A DNA stretch of 54,878 nt from the NCBI GenBank assembly GCA_016281775.1, contig JAEEJH010000091.1:1-54878 (forward strand). Direction: 5' to 3'. This DNA is from Clostridiales bacterium. GTDB lineage: Bacteria > Bacillota > Clostridia > Oscillospirales > CAG-272. Shown here piece after piece: positions 34,434 to 45,827 of this stretch. The notes under the pieces were generated by a model that was not told the DNA's origin, searched no databases, and saw only the letters and a list, made by a program, of their open reading frames with translations. Position 1 is the first letter of the stretch. Each line of letters starts with the position of its first letter. Position numbers and translations under genes: made by a program.

Positions 34434-36255
34434 TCAGCGCCTCCGTATACATCATCGTGATATTTTCGTATTCGGTCTTCTCGGATATTATTTCAGCCGA
34501 TGCCGCGCCGAGACCTATCACAAAGAACAGCATCGTGCAGATACGGTTGTCGGTAAGTACGCTGTCGGTCACGCCGAAGAACAAAAGCGATATAACGGCG
34601 GTAAGCGCGGCGAATACGACGCAGCGAAGTTTTTTGTCGGCCGCTTTCGTAAGGTTCGATACGCAGTAGCTTATGAATATCGCCGCCGCGGCGAAGAACA
34701 GCAGCAAAAGCAGGACTCCGCCCTCTGACATTATCTGCAGATACATACTCTGCGCGTCGGGCGCGTCGCCGTAACCCGGAAGAGCGTATACCGGATAAAC
34801 GAAGCGGAACGAACCGACGCCGGCGCCGGAAAACCATTCTCTGCCGATCAGGCGCCATACGCCGCTCCATACCGAGCCTATATACGCGCTCTGCGTTTTC
34901 AGCGCGTTCACCGCCGTGTTATAAACGACCGGCGGTATCAGAACTGCCGCGGCGACCGCCGCCGTGACCGACGGGATAACGACCACAGCCGCCTTTTTGC
35001 TGTAAAGCAGTATGACGATGAAGTTGCCGAGAAGCGCCGCGAAGACGGCGAACACCTCCTGAGTGAATACGAGCGAAACAAGAGAGAACGAGTACGCAAT
35101 AAAATATGCGAGCCGCTTTTTTCCGCCCGAAAGCGTCAGATAAAGAAGCAGCGGCGAAGACAGTAAAAGATACGCCGCAAGCACCGAAGACGAGCCGAAG
35201 AACATCGACATGCCTACCGTAAGATCGGAGAACAGACTGCGTGAAGAAAATATCGTCTCGGGCGAGCCGAACAGATAAAAGAACAGTCCGACGCTCGAAA
35301 CCACGACGCACGAGAAAGCCGCGGCGGAAAACGCGCGGTAAAGCCATTCCTTACGGCAAAGCAGGTTGCGGCATAAAAAGTAAGCGAAGATACATACGGC
35401 GTAAAGCGAGCCGTCGTAAGACGAACCTCCGGGCGAGGCGACGCGCCCGAGCAGGGTCACCGCACCGAGAAGCATCACCGAAACGTCGATGAGCGAAAAA
35501 CGGAGCGCTCTTTTTCTTCTCACGGTCTTTAACATATAGGACGCGAACGTGAAGCCGCAGAGCAAAAGCGTTACCCTCTCGCGGACGAACGGCAAAACCG
35601 CCGCGATCATCACCGCGCCGGATTCGGGCAGGTAAAGCACCGCGATGAGCAATATCACGGACAGTACCGTCAGAGGCACCGCCGCCGGATTGAGCAAAAA
35701 CGAGCAGAGACCCGTGGCCATGCCGAGCAGCAGGGCTATGCTCGAGTTCCGTATCTTAACGGGTCCTTCGGTTATTTTGCTCTTGTCCGCTCCGATAAGA
35801 TCGAAAACGGCGAATGAGAGCAGCCTGCTTTTATGGACAGTATCGGCAAGCGACCTGCCTGAGAAGAAGAACAGCGACAAAACCGTCATCGCGGCGGCGG
35901 CGTAAACGACGTTCATACCGATATCGCGCGAAAAAGCGAACCGCATGACGAAATATTCGAGCGCGGCGTAGATGCCGGTCGAAAGAAGGTATATGCCGAT
36001 ATCGCGGGTCCTGATATAAAGAAGCTTGTATAAAAACGCGTGGACGGCGTTTTTGACCTTGTTTTCGGTAAACACGCGGCTTACCGCATCGCGGGCGCGG
36101 GATATGAAGCTTTTTTTGGAATTGAGCTTTTCGCAGAGTTTTGCGGTCCCGCTTTCTTTCAGCACTTTGTCGGCTTTGCCGTAACTGCCGAAAATACGCG
36201 GCAGCACGCCTTTTTTCTCCGGCTTGTCCGCACTGTTTTTCGCCACGCGTATCAC
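34426..36255 (-). CDS. O-antigen ligase-like polytopic membrane protein
   Basis: Many TM helices; WFSGAGVGSF...AQSMYLQIMSEGG resembles the Wzy_C loop with degenerate HN. Confidence 0.65.
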   Translation of the reverse strand: MIRVAKNSADKPEKKGVLPRIFGSYGKADKVLKESGTAKLCEKLNSKKSFISRARDAVSRVFTENKVKNAVHAFLYKLLYIRTRDIGIYLLSTGIYAALEYFVMRFAFSRDIGMNVVYAAAAMTVLSLFFFSGRSLADTVHKSRLLSFAVFDLIGADKSKITEGPVKIRNSSIALLLGMATGLCSFLLNPAAVPLTVLSVILLIAVLYLPESGAVMIAAVLPFVRERVTLLLCGFTFASYMLKTVRRKRALRFSLIDVSVMLLGAVTLLGRVASPGGSSYDGSLYAVCIFAYFLCRNLLCRKEWLYRAFSAAAFSCVVVSSVGLFFYLFGSPETIFSSRSLFSDLTVGMSMFFGSSSVLAAYLLLSSPLLLYLTLSGGKKRLAYFIAYSFSLVSLVFTQEVFAVFAALLGNFIVILLYSKKAAVVVIPSVTAAVAAAVLIPPVVYNTAVNALKTQSAYIGSVWSGVWRLIGREWFSGAGVGSFRFVYPVYALPGYGDAPDAQSMYLQIMSEGGVLLLLLFFAAAAIFISYCVSNLTKAADKKLRCVVFAALTAVISLLFFGVTDSVLTDNRICTMLFFVIGLGAASAEIISEKTEYENITMMYTEALNE

Positions 36256-36259
36256 CTCC

Positions 36260-36964
36260 TTAATCTTTTTTGTCTTTGAGTTTTTCGAGCAGGTCGGGGC
36301 GGTATTTCGCCGTCTGTTCGACCGCCTTTTCCCTGCGCCATTTCGCTATGTTTTCGTGATGTCCCGACAAGAGTATATCGGGTACTTTTCTGCCTCTGAA
36401 TTCGTACGGTCTCGTATACTGCGGATATTCGAGAAGGCCCGACGCGATGCTCTCGTCGAGATAGCAGCTTTCATCCGCGAGAACACCCGGTATCAGCCGC
36501 GCCACGCAGTCGGTAAGTATGCACGCGGGCAGCTCGCCGCCGGTGAGAACGTAGTCTCCGATCGATATACGCTCGTCGACGACCTCTTCGAGCGCCCTCT
36601 CGTCGATACCCTCGTAATGACCGCAGAGGATGATCAGATCGTCATAAGCGGATAAGCGCGCCGCAGTTTCGTGATCGAGTATTTTGCCTTTAGGATCCAT
36701 GTAGACCGTGCGTTTTTTCGACGTATCGGGTATTTTTGCAGAGATCGCGTCGTGGCAGGCGCATACGGGCGGAGCCGCCATGAGCATGCCCATACCGCCG
36801 CCGTAAGGCGTATCGTCGACCTTGTTGTGCTTATTGTTCGCATAGTCTCTTATGTTATAAACGTTCACCGTTATCGCGCCCGATTGCCGCGCCCTGCCGA
36901 TTATGCTCTCGGAAAGGACCGTATCGACGAGCGCGGGAAAAAGCGTCATTATATGAAAATTCAT
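36260..36964 (-). CDS. trmD: tRNA (guanine37-N1)-methyltransferase
   Basis: [44 protein letters not shown]. Confidence 0.98.
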   Translation of the reverse strand: MNFHIMTLFPALVDTVLSESIIGRARQSGAITVNVYNIRDYANNKHNKVDDTPYGGGMGMLMAAPPVCACHDAISAKIPDTSKKRTVYMDPKGKILDHETAARLSAYDDLIILCGHYEGIDERALEEVVDERISIGDYVLTGGELPACILTDCVARLIPGVLADESCYLDESIASGLLEYPQYTRPYEFRGRKVPDILLSGHHENIAKWRREKAVEQTAKYRPDLLEKLKDKKD

Positions 36965-37461
36965 TCGAACATTCCCTCGATAGGTTTTATAAATACCGCT
37001 TCGTCGGTCAGCTTTTTTATGAACTGCGGCACGTCCGGGACCTGTACCGTTCCCTTTTCCGTTTTGATGAAATAGATATCCGAAGCGGGATATTCCTCGA
37101 TGCTTTCGACGGTGCCGTAAACTCTGCCGTCGTCGGCGTCGAGCACCGGCAGACCGATGAGATCGCAGATCAGTATCTTGTTTTTCGGCAGATGCAGATC
37201 TTCGCGGTCAACGTAGACCGTTTTGCCTTTGAGCGCCGCGGCATCTTCTACGGTGTCGACACCTTCGAATTTGACGACCGCCGAATTTTTCGAGCCGTGC
37301 GAAGACGTTACGGAAAGATACCTCTCCCCGTTTTCGTCGAGATACAGCTTTTTGATCTTATAAAACGACGAAGGTTCGCCGCACCATAATTCTATTTTCA
37401 CTTCTCCGCGCACGCCGTGCGTCATACGGATGAAGCCCTGTTCGATATATTTTTTCTTCAA
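36961..37461 (-). CDS. rimM: Ribosome maturation factor RimM
   Basis: [17 protein letters not shown]-terminal IEGMF; directly upstream of trmD. Confidence 0.93.
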   Translation of the reverse strand: MKKKYIEQGFIRMTHGVRGEVKIELWCGEPSSFYKIKKLYLDENGERYLSVTSSHGSKNSAVVKFEGVDTVEDAAALKGKTVYVDREDLHLPKNKILICDLIGLPVLDADDGRVYGTVESIEEYPASDIYFIKTEKGTVQVPDVPQFIKKLTDEAVFIKPIEGMFE

Positions 37462-37515
37462 CTTTTATTCCTGTTCTCCGTATAACGGTTTTCTCATTTC
37501 TTTAAACTGCGATTC

Positions 37516-37700
37516 ATATCGCGTCAGCGATATCTCGAGCCGCGTAAGCGGCATATCGAGCGCAAAGCGCATATCGAACCGCGTCAGCGGTATATCGATT
37601 TTTATCGATATATCTCCTGACGGAGATTCGATATTTTGCACGGTGTGCAAATCGATATAGGCTCATTTCATTCGCCTTCGATATATCGCCTTACGGCGAT
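37516..37700. repeat. Inverted array of short hairpins separated by ATATCGA/TCGATAT (REP/BIME-like)
   Basis: Four hairpins followed by ATATCGA-type spacers, then four hairpins preceded by TCGATAT; loops GTCA/GTAA mirrored as TGAC/TTAC. Confidence 0.8.
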
Positions 37701-37863
37701 GTGTTTTATTTTTTTGATTCAGAAAGCCTTTTTATATACGCGACCGTCATCTCCCGGTACATAACAAAAAACATTTTTACTACTGCATCATACCATATTT
37801 TTTTGATTATTGCAAGGGTTTTTTAAAAAAATAATCAAACGGTCCCAAATTTCAAATTATTTA

Positions 37864-37892
37864 TTGACATTGAACTATATTTGTATTATAAT
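37864..37892 (+). promoter_or_regulatory. Consensus sigma-A promoter
   Basis: TTGACA-17 nt-TATAAT. Confidence 0.8.
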
Positions 37893-37922
37893 AAATTTAA
37901 TAGAATCAGGGAGGAGCCTTTT

Positions 37923-38552
37923 ATGGAAGAACGGACGCCGTTATTTAAAACTTATGAAACGGAAGACAGTTTCGATCAAAGATACAAAAGAGTGACGTAC
38001 AGGATCAACAAAGCCGAAACGGCGTACGACGCGGCGTTCGTTTTACTGTGCATCGTACTTCCGATATGCAGCATCACCCTCATAACGCTTGCCGTACTGA
38101 AAGGCGCTTATACGTCGACAGCTGCCGGCGCGTTTCTTCTGCTGCTCTCGGTATTTTATATATGGCGTCTGCCGTATTTCGTCGTTAAAAGAAGATGGAA
38201 GGAATATGAGAAAAACGGAAATCCTCCGTGCACGACGCTTTACTATGAAGACTGCCTCACCATCGAAAACGGTCAGGATACGAGAAAATTTGAGTATAAG
38301 GATATAACGTATATTGAAAAAAACGATGACGGGATATATATGCGTTATAAAGACAAGATCGCCGTATCCGCGCCTTATTCCGCTTTTGTTATCGGCGATC
38401 CGGACGGTCTGTTCGATCTCATTTCATCAAAAGCGAACACGGAAAAAAAGGCTTCCCCCTCATTTATAATCAATACGGCGTTTATGTTTATTCTGATCGC
38501 CGCCGTGATCGCCGTTACGGTGATACTGAGTCTGAATTATCTGAAAATTTAA
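37923..38552 (+). CDS. YcxB-like membrane protein
   Basis: GGAGGA RBS; two N-terminal TM helices, YED.LTI....Y.DI..I bPH-like segment, C-terminal TM. Confidence 0.6.
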   Translation: MEERTPLFKTYETEDSFDQRYKRVTYRINKAETAYDAAFVLLCIVLPICSITLITLAVLKGAYTSTAAGAFLLLLSVFYIWRLPYFVVKRRWKEYEKNGNPPCTTLYYEDCLTIENGQDTRKFEYKDITYIEKNDDGIYMRYKDKIAVSAPYSAFVIGDPDGLFDLISSKANTEKKASPSFIINTAFMFILIAAVIAVTVILSLNYLKI

Positions 38553-38570
38553 AATAAAGGAGATTTTGTC

Positions 38571-39371
38571 ATGAAATTATTTATTTCCGCCGATATTGAA
38601 GGCACCTGCGGGATAACCTGCTGGGAGGAGACCGAATACGGCCACCCGAGATACGGCTATTTTGCCGAACAGATGACCGCCGAAGTCAGCGCGGCGTGCG
38701 CCGCCGCCGACAGACTCGGCTGGGAGATACTCGTCAAAGACGCGCACGACAGCGCGAAGAACATACTGCCGGACAAGCTTCATCCGTCGGCGCTCCTGCT
38801 TCGCGGCTGGGCGGGCGATCTCAACTGCATGATGAGCGGTATAGACACCGGCAAATTCGATGCGGCGGCGTTCACCGGCTACCATTCGGCTGCCATGAGC
38901 GAGGGCAACTCGCTGTCGCATACGATGACGACTGCGGCTCACTATGTGAAAATAAACGATAAATACGCGTCGGAATTCGTTATAAACGCATATACCGCCG
39001 CGATGTACGGCGTGCCGGTGATATTCATATCCGGCGACGAGGCTTTATGCGAGGCGGCGAAGGAGATGATACCCGGTATCACCGCCGTTCCGACGAAACG
39101 CGGCTTCGGCGGAGCGTGCATATCCGAGCATCCGGAACGCGCCTGCGAAAACATACGCCGCGGCATGGAAGACGCTTTGTCTTCCGATTTCAGAAAAACC
39201 TGCAAAGTCAAGCTGCCCAAGCATTTCGCGGTCGAGATAGCTTACAGAGACATAAACGAGGCGAACAGAAACAGTCTCTACCCCGGCGTGGTGCGCCTCG
39301 ACGGCAAAACGCTTTTATTCGAATCGGATTCTTATACCGAAGTGCTTCGCATGATACACTTCATACTGTGA
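38571..39371 (+). CDS. D-aminopeptidase, peptidase family M55 (DppA-like)
   Basis: MKLFISADIEG, KDAHD, GYHS, LSHT, SGDE. Confidence 0.92.
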   Translation: MKLFISADIEGTCGITCWEETEYGHPRYGYFAEQMTAEVSAACAAADRLGWEILVKDAHDSAKNILPDKLHPSALLLRGWAGDLNCMMSGIDTGKFDAAAFTGYHSAAMSEGNSLSHTMTTAAHYVKINDKYASEFVINAYTAAMYGVPVIFISGDEALCEAAKEMIPGITAVPTKRGFGGACISEHPERACENIRRGMEDALSSDFRKTCKVKLPKHFAVEIAYRDINEANRNSLYPGVVRLDGKTLLFESDSYTEVLRMIHFIL

Positions 39372-39384
39372 TACGGAGGGAATT

Positions 39385-40929
39385 ATGTATTTATTCTGCA
39401 GATCTTCTTCACACAGCGTTTTTTCGAACACGCGCGAAAGCCGTACCGACCCGCACCGCCTGACGCTGTACGGATGCAGGGGCGCCGTCTGCGCGGGTCA
39501 GATAGTTTTGCGCGAGCACGGGGATTTTACGATCAATGAAGTAAAATTCACCGATTTCTCCGCTCCGTTCATCTGCGGCGAGGGAAACGTGCGTTACTTA
39601 TATCAGGATACGATAACGTATAACGACGGCGTGCCGTATCCCGATAAGCTGTCGGACGCGAAAAGCCGCTTCGTCAAAGCCGAATACACGCAGAGCGTAT
39701 GGGTGATCGCCGACATAGACGAAGACGCGGTCGGCGGTCTTTGCCGCTTCAACGCGGTCGTCGATACGACGGCGGGCGTTTTCACCGTGCCCTGTTCTGT
39801 AAGGGTATACGGAGTGACAGTGCCGCCGGCTGACAGAAGCGAATTCTGCCTCGAATACTTTTTAAACCCGTTTTATAAAGACGCCGGCGAGATCGGATCC
39901 GAAAAATGGTATCAGTTCCTTGAATCGTACGCGCAGTCGCTTTCGTATCTGCGCAACAACAGCTTCGACGTCTGCTTTATGCCGCTTCTGACTCACGCGA
40001 ATTCGAAACGCATATCGGAGACCGAATGGGAGCTTGATTTCTCGTTTGTCGACGAATATCTCGATTTCATGCTCGCGCGCGTGCCGGTAAAGCATATTTC
40101 GGCAAGGTCGATAATTGCCTCTGTCATGGGCGACGTTCTGCCGGTCATAGATTACGACGGCTCGGTCAAAGACGTCAAATATACCGAAAAAGACGCGGAA
40201 TTATGGTTATACGCCTATTTCGGCGGACTGTACCGTCATTTTGAAGAACGCGGTCAGCTCGGACTTCTGCAGTTCAGATTACAGGACGAGCCGCATTATA
40301 CGGAGTGCTGGAAATGGGCGCGGCAGATTTGCGGAAAAGCCGCGCCGGGCGTCGTCTGCGGCGAGCCGATAGACGAGCATACGTCGGGCGTCGGACTTGA
40401 AGGGTACTGCGATCAGTTCATACCGAGGATCAACGTCTACGACGAAGGCGCCGATTATTACGACAGAAGAAAGAAAGCCGGCGATCAGCTCTGGGTCTAT
40501 TCGTGCTGTTTCCCGGAGGAATCGTGGTTTTTGAACAAATTCATAGATCAGCCGCACAGATACAGCCGTTTAATGAGCTGGGCGTGCTACGCGCGCGGTA
40601 TCGACGGCTTTCTGCACTGGGGCTATAACTACTGGTCGGAATCAAGTCTGTACGGAACGGGCTCTCACGCGAGATTCAAGGGCGACGGATTCATCGTCTA
40701 CTACGATAAAGAAAACAACCGCGTGACGCCGTCGAACAGATATTTCGCAACGCTCGAAGGCATAACGGAATACGAACTGCTCAAGATCGTTGAAAAGAAA
40801 GACCCGGCGCTCGCGAGATCGATATGTCTTTCGGTCGTGCGGAGCTTCACGGACTTTGAAAACGACCCCGAAAAACTCGATCTCGCGCGGATAAGGCTGC
40901 TCGAAGCGGCGGAGGCGTGTTCGTTATGA
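39385..40929 (+). CDS. DUF4091/GH123-like protein
   Basis: LQDEP, WVYSCC.P, GFLHWGYNYW, GDGFIVY, S.R......EG..EYELL; no signal peptide. Confidence 0.75.
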   Translation: MYLFCRSSSHSVFSNTRESRTDPHRLTLYGCRGAVCAGQIVLREHGDFTINEVKFTDFSAPFICGEGNVRYLYQDTITYNDGVPYPDKLSDAKSRFVKAEYTQSVWVIADIDEDAVGGLCRFNAVVDTTAGVFTVPCSVRVYGVTVPPADRSEFCLEYFLNPFYKDAGEIGSEKWYQFLESYAQSLSYLRNNSFDVCFMPLLTHANSKRISETEWELDFSFVDEYLDFMLARVPVKHISARSIIASVMGDVLPVIDYDGSVKDVKYTEKDAELWLYAYFGGLYRHFEERGQLGLLQFRLQDEPHYTECWKWARQICGKAAPGVVCGEPIDEHTSGVGLEGYCDQFIPRINVYDEGADYYDRRKKAGDQLWVYSCCFPEESWFLNKFIDQPHRYSRLMSWACYARGIDGFLHWGYNYWSESSLYGTGSHARFKGDGFIVYYDKENNRVTPSNRYFATLEGITEYELLKIVEKKDPALARSICLSVVRSFTDFENDPEKLDLARIRLLEAAEACSL

Positions 40930-41450
40930 AAATAAAGGTCAAATCGCTTATCGAATACGCCGTGACGTTTACCGTGTTCTGCGCCGGTCAACTGTTTTTA
41001 CTGCTCGCGGGCACGCCGTTCTGCGTCGGTTTCGCGGTCGCTGTAATCGCCGCGACGACGCTGACAATGTTCATAACGAAAAGATACATACCCGGCGCGG
41101 TGTTCGCCGTTATGTGTCTGTCGTTCGATTTCATTTTCGCCGCGCCGGGGATGCACGTCATGTTTTATTTGATATCGGCCGCGCCGGTACTTCTGATTTT
41201 CGGCATGGTGTTTATGGCGAACAAATTCGAACTCGGTCTGCTCTTCTCCGACCTGCTCGGCGTTTTTGCCGGTTATTTTCCGTTTTATCTGGCCGTAAAA
41301 TACGCAATGCCGTATTTTGCCGAAGGGGAAGCGCTTACAAGGCTTGTTTCCGCTTCCGGTATGCCGGTGCTTGCCGGTTTTCTTTCCGCCGCGGTGATCA
41401 CGTTTTTCGCCGTGCCCGCCGCGAACGTGATAACGAGAGACGGTTTTTAA
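40926..41450 (+). CDS. Small polytopic membrane protein (possible ECF S-component)
   Basis: ATGA overlap with upstream stop; five to six hydrophobic segments. Confidence 0.55.
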   Translation: MKIKVKSLIEYAVTFTVFCAGQLFLLLAGTPFCVGFAVAVIAATTLTMFITKRYIPGAVFAVMCLSFDFIFAAPGMHVMFYLISAAPVLLIFGMVFMANKFELGLLFSDLLGVFAGYFPFYLAVKYAMPYFAEGEALTRLVSASGMPVLAGFLSAAVITFFAVPAANVITRDGF

Positions 41451-41534
41451 AATTTACAAATAACGTGTATATAAATTTATAAAATTTTGATATCATAGTT
41501 TGTATCACTATTTTCCCGAGGTTTTTTCATTACT

Positions 41535-43937
41535 ATGGCGATTTCAAAAAGATTCATCCAACCCATACCGGAGACGGTGCTGCCGTGCATACCCGTAAGG
41601 GGCTCGGTCGCGTTTCCGAACATAACGATAAATTTCGAGCTGACGCGCGATATCTGCAAAAAAGCGTACGAGGCGGCGAACAACGCCGACGGTTACGTTT
41701 TTATCGTCACGCAGGAAAACGTGTCGGCCGAACGTCCGAAAGCCGCGGATCTCTACCGCATAGGCACTGTCGCCAAGATAAAGCAGTGCGCCAAGAGCGC
41801 CGACGGTACGATGCGCGTACTGTTCGAAGGCAAATACAGAGCGCTCTGCAATCACTATATCGAAGCGCGGCAGATGATACGCGCGGAACTTATCGCGCGC
41901 GAAGTCATCCCCGACGGTATGATATCCCATTCCGACCCGGCGCTCTGCCGTTCGCTCTGCGACGCCGTGCAGGAGATATCGAAATATACGGCAAAACTCT
42001 CGCCGCAGATACTTCTCGTGATCTCTTCGACAGAGTCTTTACCGCTTCTGACGGACTTTGTCGCCGCGAATATTCTCGTCAAAAACGAGGATAAACAGCT
42101 CGTGCTGAGCGAATTCGATCCGACCGACCGGGCAAAACTGCTTCTGCGTCTGCTCGAAACGGAGATCGATATCCTCAGAACCGAACAGAAGATCAGAAAA
42201 AAAGTCAAAGAGTCGATGGATAAGAATCAGCGCGACTACTATCTGCGCGAGCAGCTCAAGGCGATAGAAGACGAGCTCGACGAGGAAGACGAGGAGATAG
42301 AAGAGTATTCGGCGAAACTCGAAGCGTCTGCTATGCCGGAAGAATGCAAAGAGAAGATCGGCAAAGACATAAGAAAGCTCGCAAAGTCGCCTTACACGTC
42401 GGCGGAAAGCTCCGTTTTGCGCAACTATCTCGACGCGGTGTTCGACATACCGTGGGGCAAATATACGAAAGACCGGACCGATATAGATCTTGCAAGGAAG
42501 ATACTCGACCGCGACCACAGCGGACTGGAGCGAGTCAAAAAGAGGATACTTGAATTCCTCGCCGTAAAACAGCTCAATCCCGACGCGAAAAGCCCGATAA
42601 TCTGCCTTGTCGGACCTCCCGGCGTAGGCAAAACGTCCATCGCCTCTTCGGTAGCCGAGGCTACGGGGAGAAAGTTCGTACGCGCCTCGCTCGGCGGCAT
42701 ACGCGACGAAGCCGATATCAGAGGCCACAGAAAGACGTATATCGGCGCGATGCCGGGCAGGATAATCAACGCGATAACGAACGCCGGCTCGATGAACCCG
42801 CTGATACTGCTCGACGAGATAGACAAGATGTCGAGCGATCTGCACGGCGACCCGGCTTCGGCTATGCTCGAAGTTCTCGACGGCGAGCAGAACGTGTCGT
42901 TCCGCGACCACTTCATCGAGATGCCGGTCGACCTTTCGCGCTGTATGTTCATCTGTACGGCCAACACGCTCGATACGGTGCCGAGACCTCTGCTCGACCG
43001 TATGGACGTGATCGAGCTCGACACGTATACGAAAAACGAAAAATTCGACATTGCGCGCCGTCATCTGATACCGAAACAGAGAAAACGCCACGGGCTGAAA
43101 GCCGCGCAGTTTGCGATAGACGACGAGGCGTTATATGAAATAATCGACAGCTACACGCGCGAAGCGGGGGTCAGAAACCTCGAACGCACGATCGGTTCGC
43201 TTATGAGGAAAGCGGCGGTCGAGCTCGCTTCGGGCAAGGTGAAAAAAGTCGTTATAAAGAAAAAAGATCTTGAGACGTATTTAAGCGGTCACAAACTGCC
43301 GCCCGAGAAGATCGACGACGAAGATCAGGTCGGCTGCGTGAACGGTTTGGCTTACACGTCCGTCGGCGGCGATCTGCTGAAGGTCGAAGCCGCCGTGACG
43401 GAAGGCACGGGCAAGCTCGATCTTACCGGTTCTCTCGGCGACGTGATGAAAGAATCGGCGCACGCGGCGATAACGTACATAAGAACGGTCGCCGACAGAC
43501 TCAACATAGACCCGCTGTTTTACAAAAACAGAGACATACATATCCACGTACCCGAAGGCGCCACACCTAAGGACGGTCCGTCAGCCGGCGTGACCATGAT
43601 GACGGCGGTCGCCTCCGCTCTGACCGGTACTCCGGTAAGGCGCGATACGGCTATGACCGGCGAGATAACGCTTCGCGGCAAGGTTTTGCCGATAGGCGGG
43701 CTAAAAGAAAAGACGATGGCGGCGTATACCGCCGGCGTCAAACGCGTGCTGATACCGTTCGACAACGTTTCAGACCTTAAAGAGATCGACGAGACCGTGC
43801 ATAACGCGCTCGAATTCATACCCTGCAAGACCGCCGACGAGGTTCTCGAAGCGGCGTTCGTAAAAGGCGGCAAGCCGGAGAGCGGCGCTTATACGGTCAT
43901 CGGGCAGAACAGCGACAGACCGGGTATCAGGGCATGA
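41535..43937 (+). CDS. lon: ATP-dependent Lon protease
   Basis: [30 protein letters not shown]. Confidence 0.98.
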   Translation: MAISKRFIQPIPETVLPCIPVRGSVAFPNITINFELTRDICKKAYEAANNADGYVFIVTQENVSAERPKAADLYRIGTVAKIKQCAKSADGTMRVLFEGKYRALCNHYIEARQMIRAELIAREVIPDGMISHSDPALCRSLCDAVQEISKYTAKLSPQILLVISSTESLPLLTDFVAANILVKNEDKQLVLSEFDPTDRAKLLLRLLETEIDILRTEQKIRKKVKESMDKNQRDYYLREQLKAIEDELDEEDEEIEEYSAKLEASAMPEECKEKIGKDIRKLAKSPYTSAESSVLRNYLDAVFDIPWGKYTKDRTDIDLARKILDRDHSGLERVKKRILEFLAVKQLNPDAKSPIICLVGPPGVGKTSIASSVAEATGRKFVRASLGGIRDEADIRGHRKTYIGAMPGRIINAITNAGSMNPLILLDEIDKMSSDLHGDPASAMLEVLDGEQNVSFRDHFIEMPVDLSRCMFICTANTLDTVPRPLLDRMDVIELDTYTKNEKFDIARRHLIPKQRKRHGLKAAQFAIDDEALYEIIDSYTREAGVRNLERTIGSLMRKAAVELASGKVKKVVIKKKDLETYLSGHKLPPEKIDDEDQVGCVNGLAYTSVGGDLLKVEAAVTEGTGKLDLTGSLGDVMKESAHAAITYIRTVADRLNIDPLFYKNRDIHIHVPEGATPKDGPSAGVTMMTAVASALTGTPVRRDTAMTGEITLRGKVLPIGGLKEKTMAAYTAGVKRVLIPFDNVSDLKEIDETVHNALEFIPCKTADEVLEAAFVKGGKPESGAYTVIGQNSDRPGIRA

Positions 43938-44521
43938 ACCTGAACCTAAACAAAACCGAGCTTGCGATATCGGCAGGCCGCTCCGACCAGTTTCCGAAAG
44001 ACGGGCTGCCTCAGATCGTGTTTTCAGGCAGATCAAACGTCGGAAAAAGTTCGCTTATAAATACGCTTTTGAACCGGAAATCGCTTGCAAGAGTGAGCTC
44101 CGCTCCCGGCAAGACCGTGACGGTCAACTTTTACAGAATCGACGGTAAACTGTTTTTCGTCGATCTGCCGGGTTACGGCTACGCGAAACGCCCGGACGAT
44201 AAAAGAAGCGGTTTTTCAGCCGTTACCGACGCGTATCTGACTAAGAGCGAAAATATCGTGCTCGTGCTTCAGCTTGTCGATCTGAAGGTCGGGCTGACCG
44301 ACGACGACAGGATGATGCTTTCATGGCTTTCCGCGAACGGGATACCTTTCTGTATCGTCGGCACAAAAGCGGACAAGCTGAATAAAACCGACCTCCGCGC
44401 TTCGGTATCGGCACTCTGCTCCGATCCGTCAGCGGGAGCCTCTCCGGTGATACCGTTCTCTTCTCTGAACGGAACGGGTAAAGACGACGTATGGAAGAAG
44501 ATCCTTCAGCATCTGGATTAA
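43934..44521 (+). CDS. engB: Ribosome biogenesis GTPase YsxC/EngB
   Basis: GRSNVGKS, PGKT, DLPGYG, TKADK; follows lon. Confidence 0.96.
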   Translation: MNLNLNKTELAISAGRSDQFPKDGLPQIVFSGRSNVGKSSLINTLLNRKSLARVSSAPGKTVTVNFYRIDGKLFFVDLPGYGYAKRPDDKRSGFSAVTDAYLTKSENIVLVLQLVDLKVGLTDDDRMMLSWLSANGIPFCIVGTKADKLNKTDLRASVSALCSDPSAGASPVIPFSSLNGTGKDDVWKKILQHLD

Positions 44522-44530
44522 GGTGATTTT

Positions 44531-45826
44531 ATGATCCACGAAAATTATACCGTAAACGAAAAAGGTCATCTCTGCGTCGGCGGCGCGGACTGCGTTGCGC
44601 TTGCCGAAAAATACGGCACGCCGTTATACGTGCTTGACGAAGATATGATACGGCAGAGATGCCGCATATACAAAGCCGCGCTCAAAGAAGCGTTCGGCGA
44701 TACCGCTTTGCCGTTTTTCGCAAGCAAGGCGCTCTCTTTTCTCGGGATTTACAGAATAATAGCCGAAGAAGGACTCGGCACGGATATAGTTTCGCCCGGC
44801 GAACTCTACACGGCGAAAAAAGCGGGCTTCGATATGTCGAAGTCATGTTTTCACGGCAATAATAAAACCGACGCTGATATAGAATACGGCGTAAACGAAG
44901 GCGTGGGCTGGTTCGTCGTCGACAGCGAAGAAGAGCTTTTTGCGCTCGACCGCATCTGCGGCAGACTCGGCAAAAAACAGAAAATACTGCTCCGTCTTAC
45001 GCCGGGCATAGATCCGCATACTTTCGCCGCGGTGCAGACCGGCAAGGTCGACAGCAAATTCGGCTCGCCGATAGCGACCGGCGCGGCTGAAAAGATAGTC
45101 AAAAAGGCGCTTACGCTTGACAATATCACGCTCTGCGGCTACCATTGCCATATCGGTTCGCAGATATTCGAATGCGAACCTTTCTGCCGCGCGGCGCGCA
45201 TCATGGCTTCGTTCTCGCTCGATATGAAGAATAAATACGGTTACGAGGCGGAGATAATCAATCTCGGCGGCGGCTTCGGCGTAAGATATACCGAAAGAGA
45301 CAAAGAGATAGACGTGTTCTCTTACACGAAACAGATCGGCGACGAACTGAAGGAATTCTGCAGACTTAACGGCATGAAAACACCGAGGGTGTTCATGGAG
45401 CCGGGGCGCGGCATAGTCGGCGCGGCGGGCGTGACGCTCTATACGGTCGGAACAAAAAAGAACATACCGAAATTCCGCACTTATATATCTGTCGACGGCG
45501 GTATGCCCGACAACCCGAGATACGCGCTTTACAGATCCGTCTACACCGCTCTTATAGCGAACAAAGCGGACAAGCCGAGAAGATGCAGATATACCGTGGG
45601 CGGCAGATGCTGCGAATCGGGCGATCTTATCGGAGAAGATATGAAAATACAGTCCGCCGAACGCGGAGATATTCTCGCCGTACTCGTCACCGGCGCGTAC
45701 AACTACTCCATGGCGTCGAATTACAACAGGATCCCCCGTCCGCCGATAGTACTGATATCGGGCGGCAAAGACGCTCTCGCGGTAAAACGCGAAAGCTACG
45801 AGGATCTTATCAAAAACGAGGTCTGA
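44531..45826 (+). CDS. lysA: Diaminopimelate decarboxylase
   Basis: YGTPLYV, FASKA, SKFG, HCHIGSQ, EPGR, CESGD, GAYNYSMASNYN. Confidence 0.96.
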   Translation: MIHENYTVNEKGHLCVGGADCVALAEKYGTPLYVLDEDMIRQRCRIYKAALKEAFGDTALPFFASKALSFLGIYRIIAEEGLGTDIVSPGELYTAKKAGFDMSKSCFHGNNKTDADIEYGVNEGVGWFVVDSEEELFALDRICGRLGKKQKILLRLTPGIDPHTFAAVQTGKVDSKFGSPIATGAAEKIVKKALTLDNITLCGYHCHIGSQIFECEPFCRAARIMASFSLDMKNKYGYEAEIINLGGGFGVRYTERDKEIDVFSYTKQIGDELKEFCRLNGMKTPRVFMEPGRGIVGAAGVTLYTVGTKKNIPKFRTYISVDGGMPDNPRYALYRSVYTALIANKADKPRRCRYTVGGRCCESGDLIGEDMKIQSAERGDILAVLVTGAYNYSMASNYNRIPRPPIVLISGGKDALAVKRESYEDLIKNEV

Positions 45827-45827
45827 A

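Noticed and set aside
37465-37660. 61-aa and 76-aa ORFs, or a mini-CRISPR, upstream of rimM
   Set aside because: Peptide periodicity simply reflects the 7-bp spacer/hairpin DNA pattern; units are too short for CRISPR
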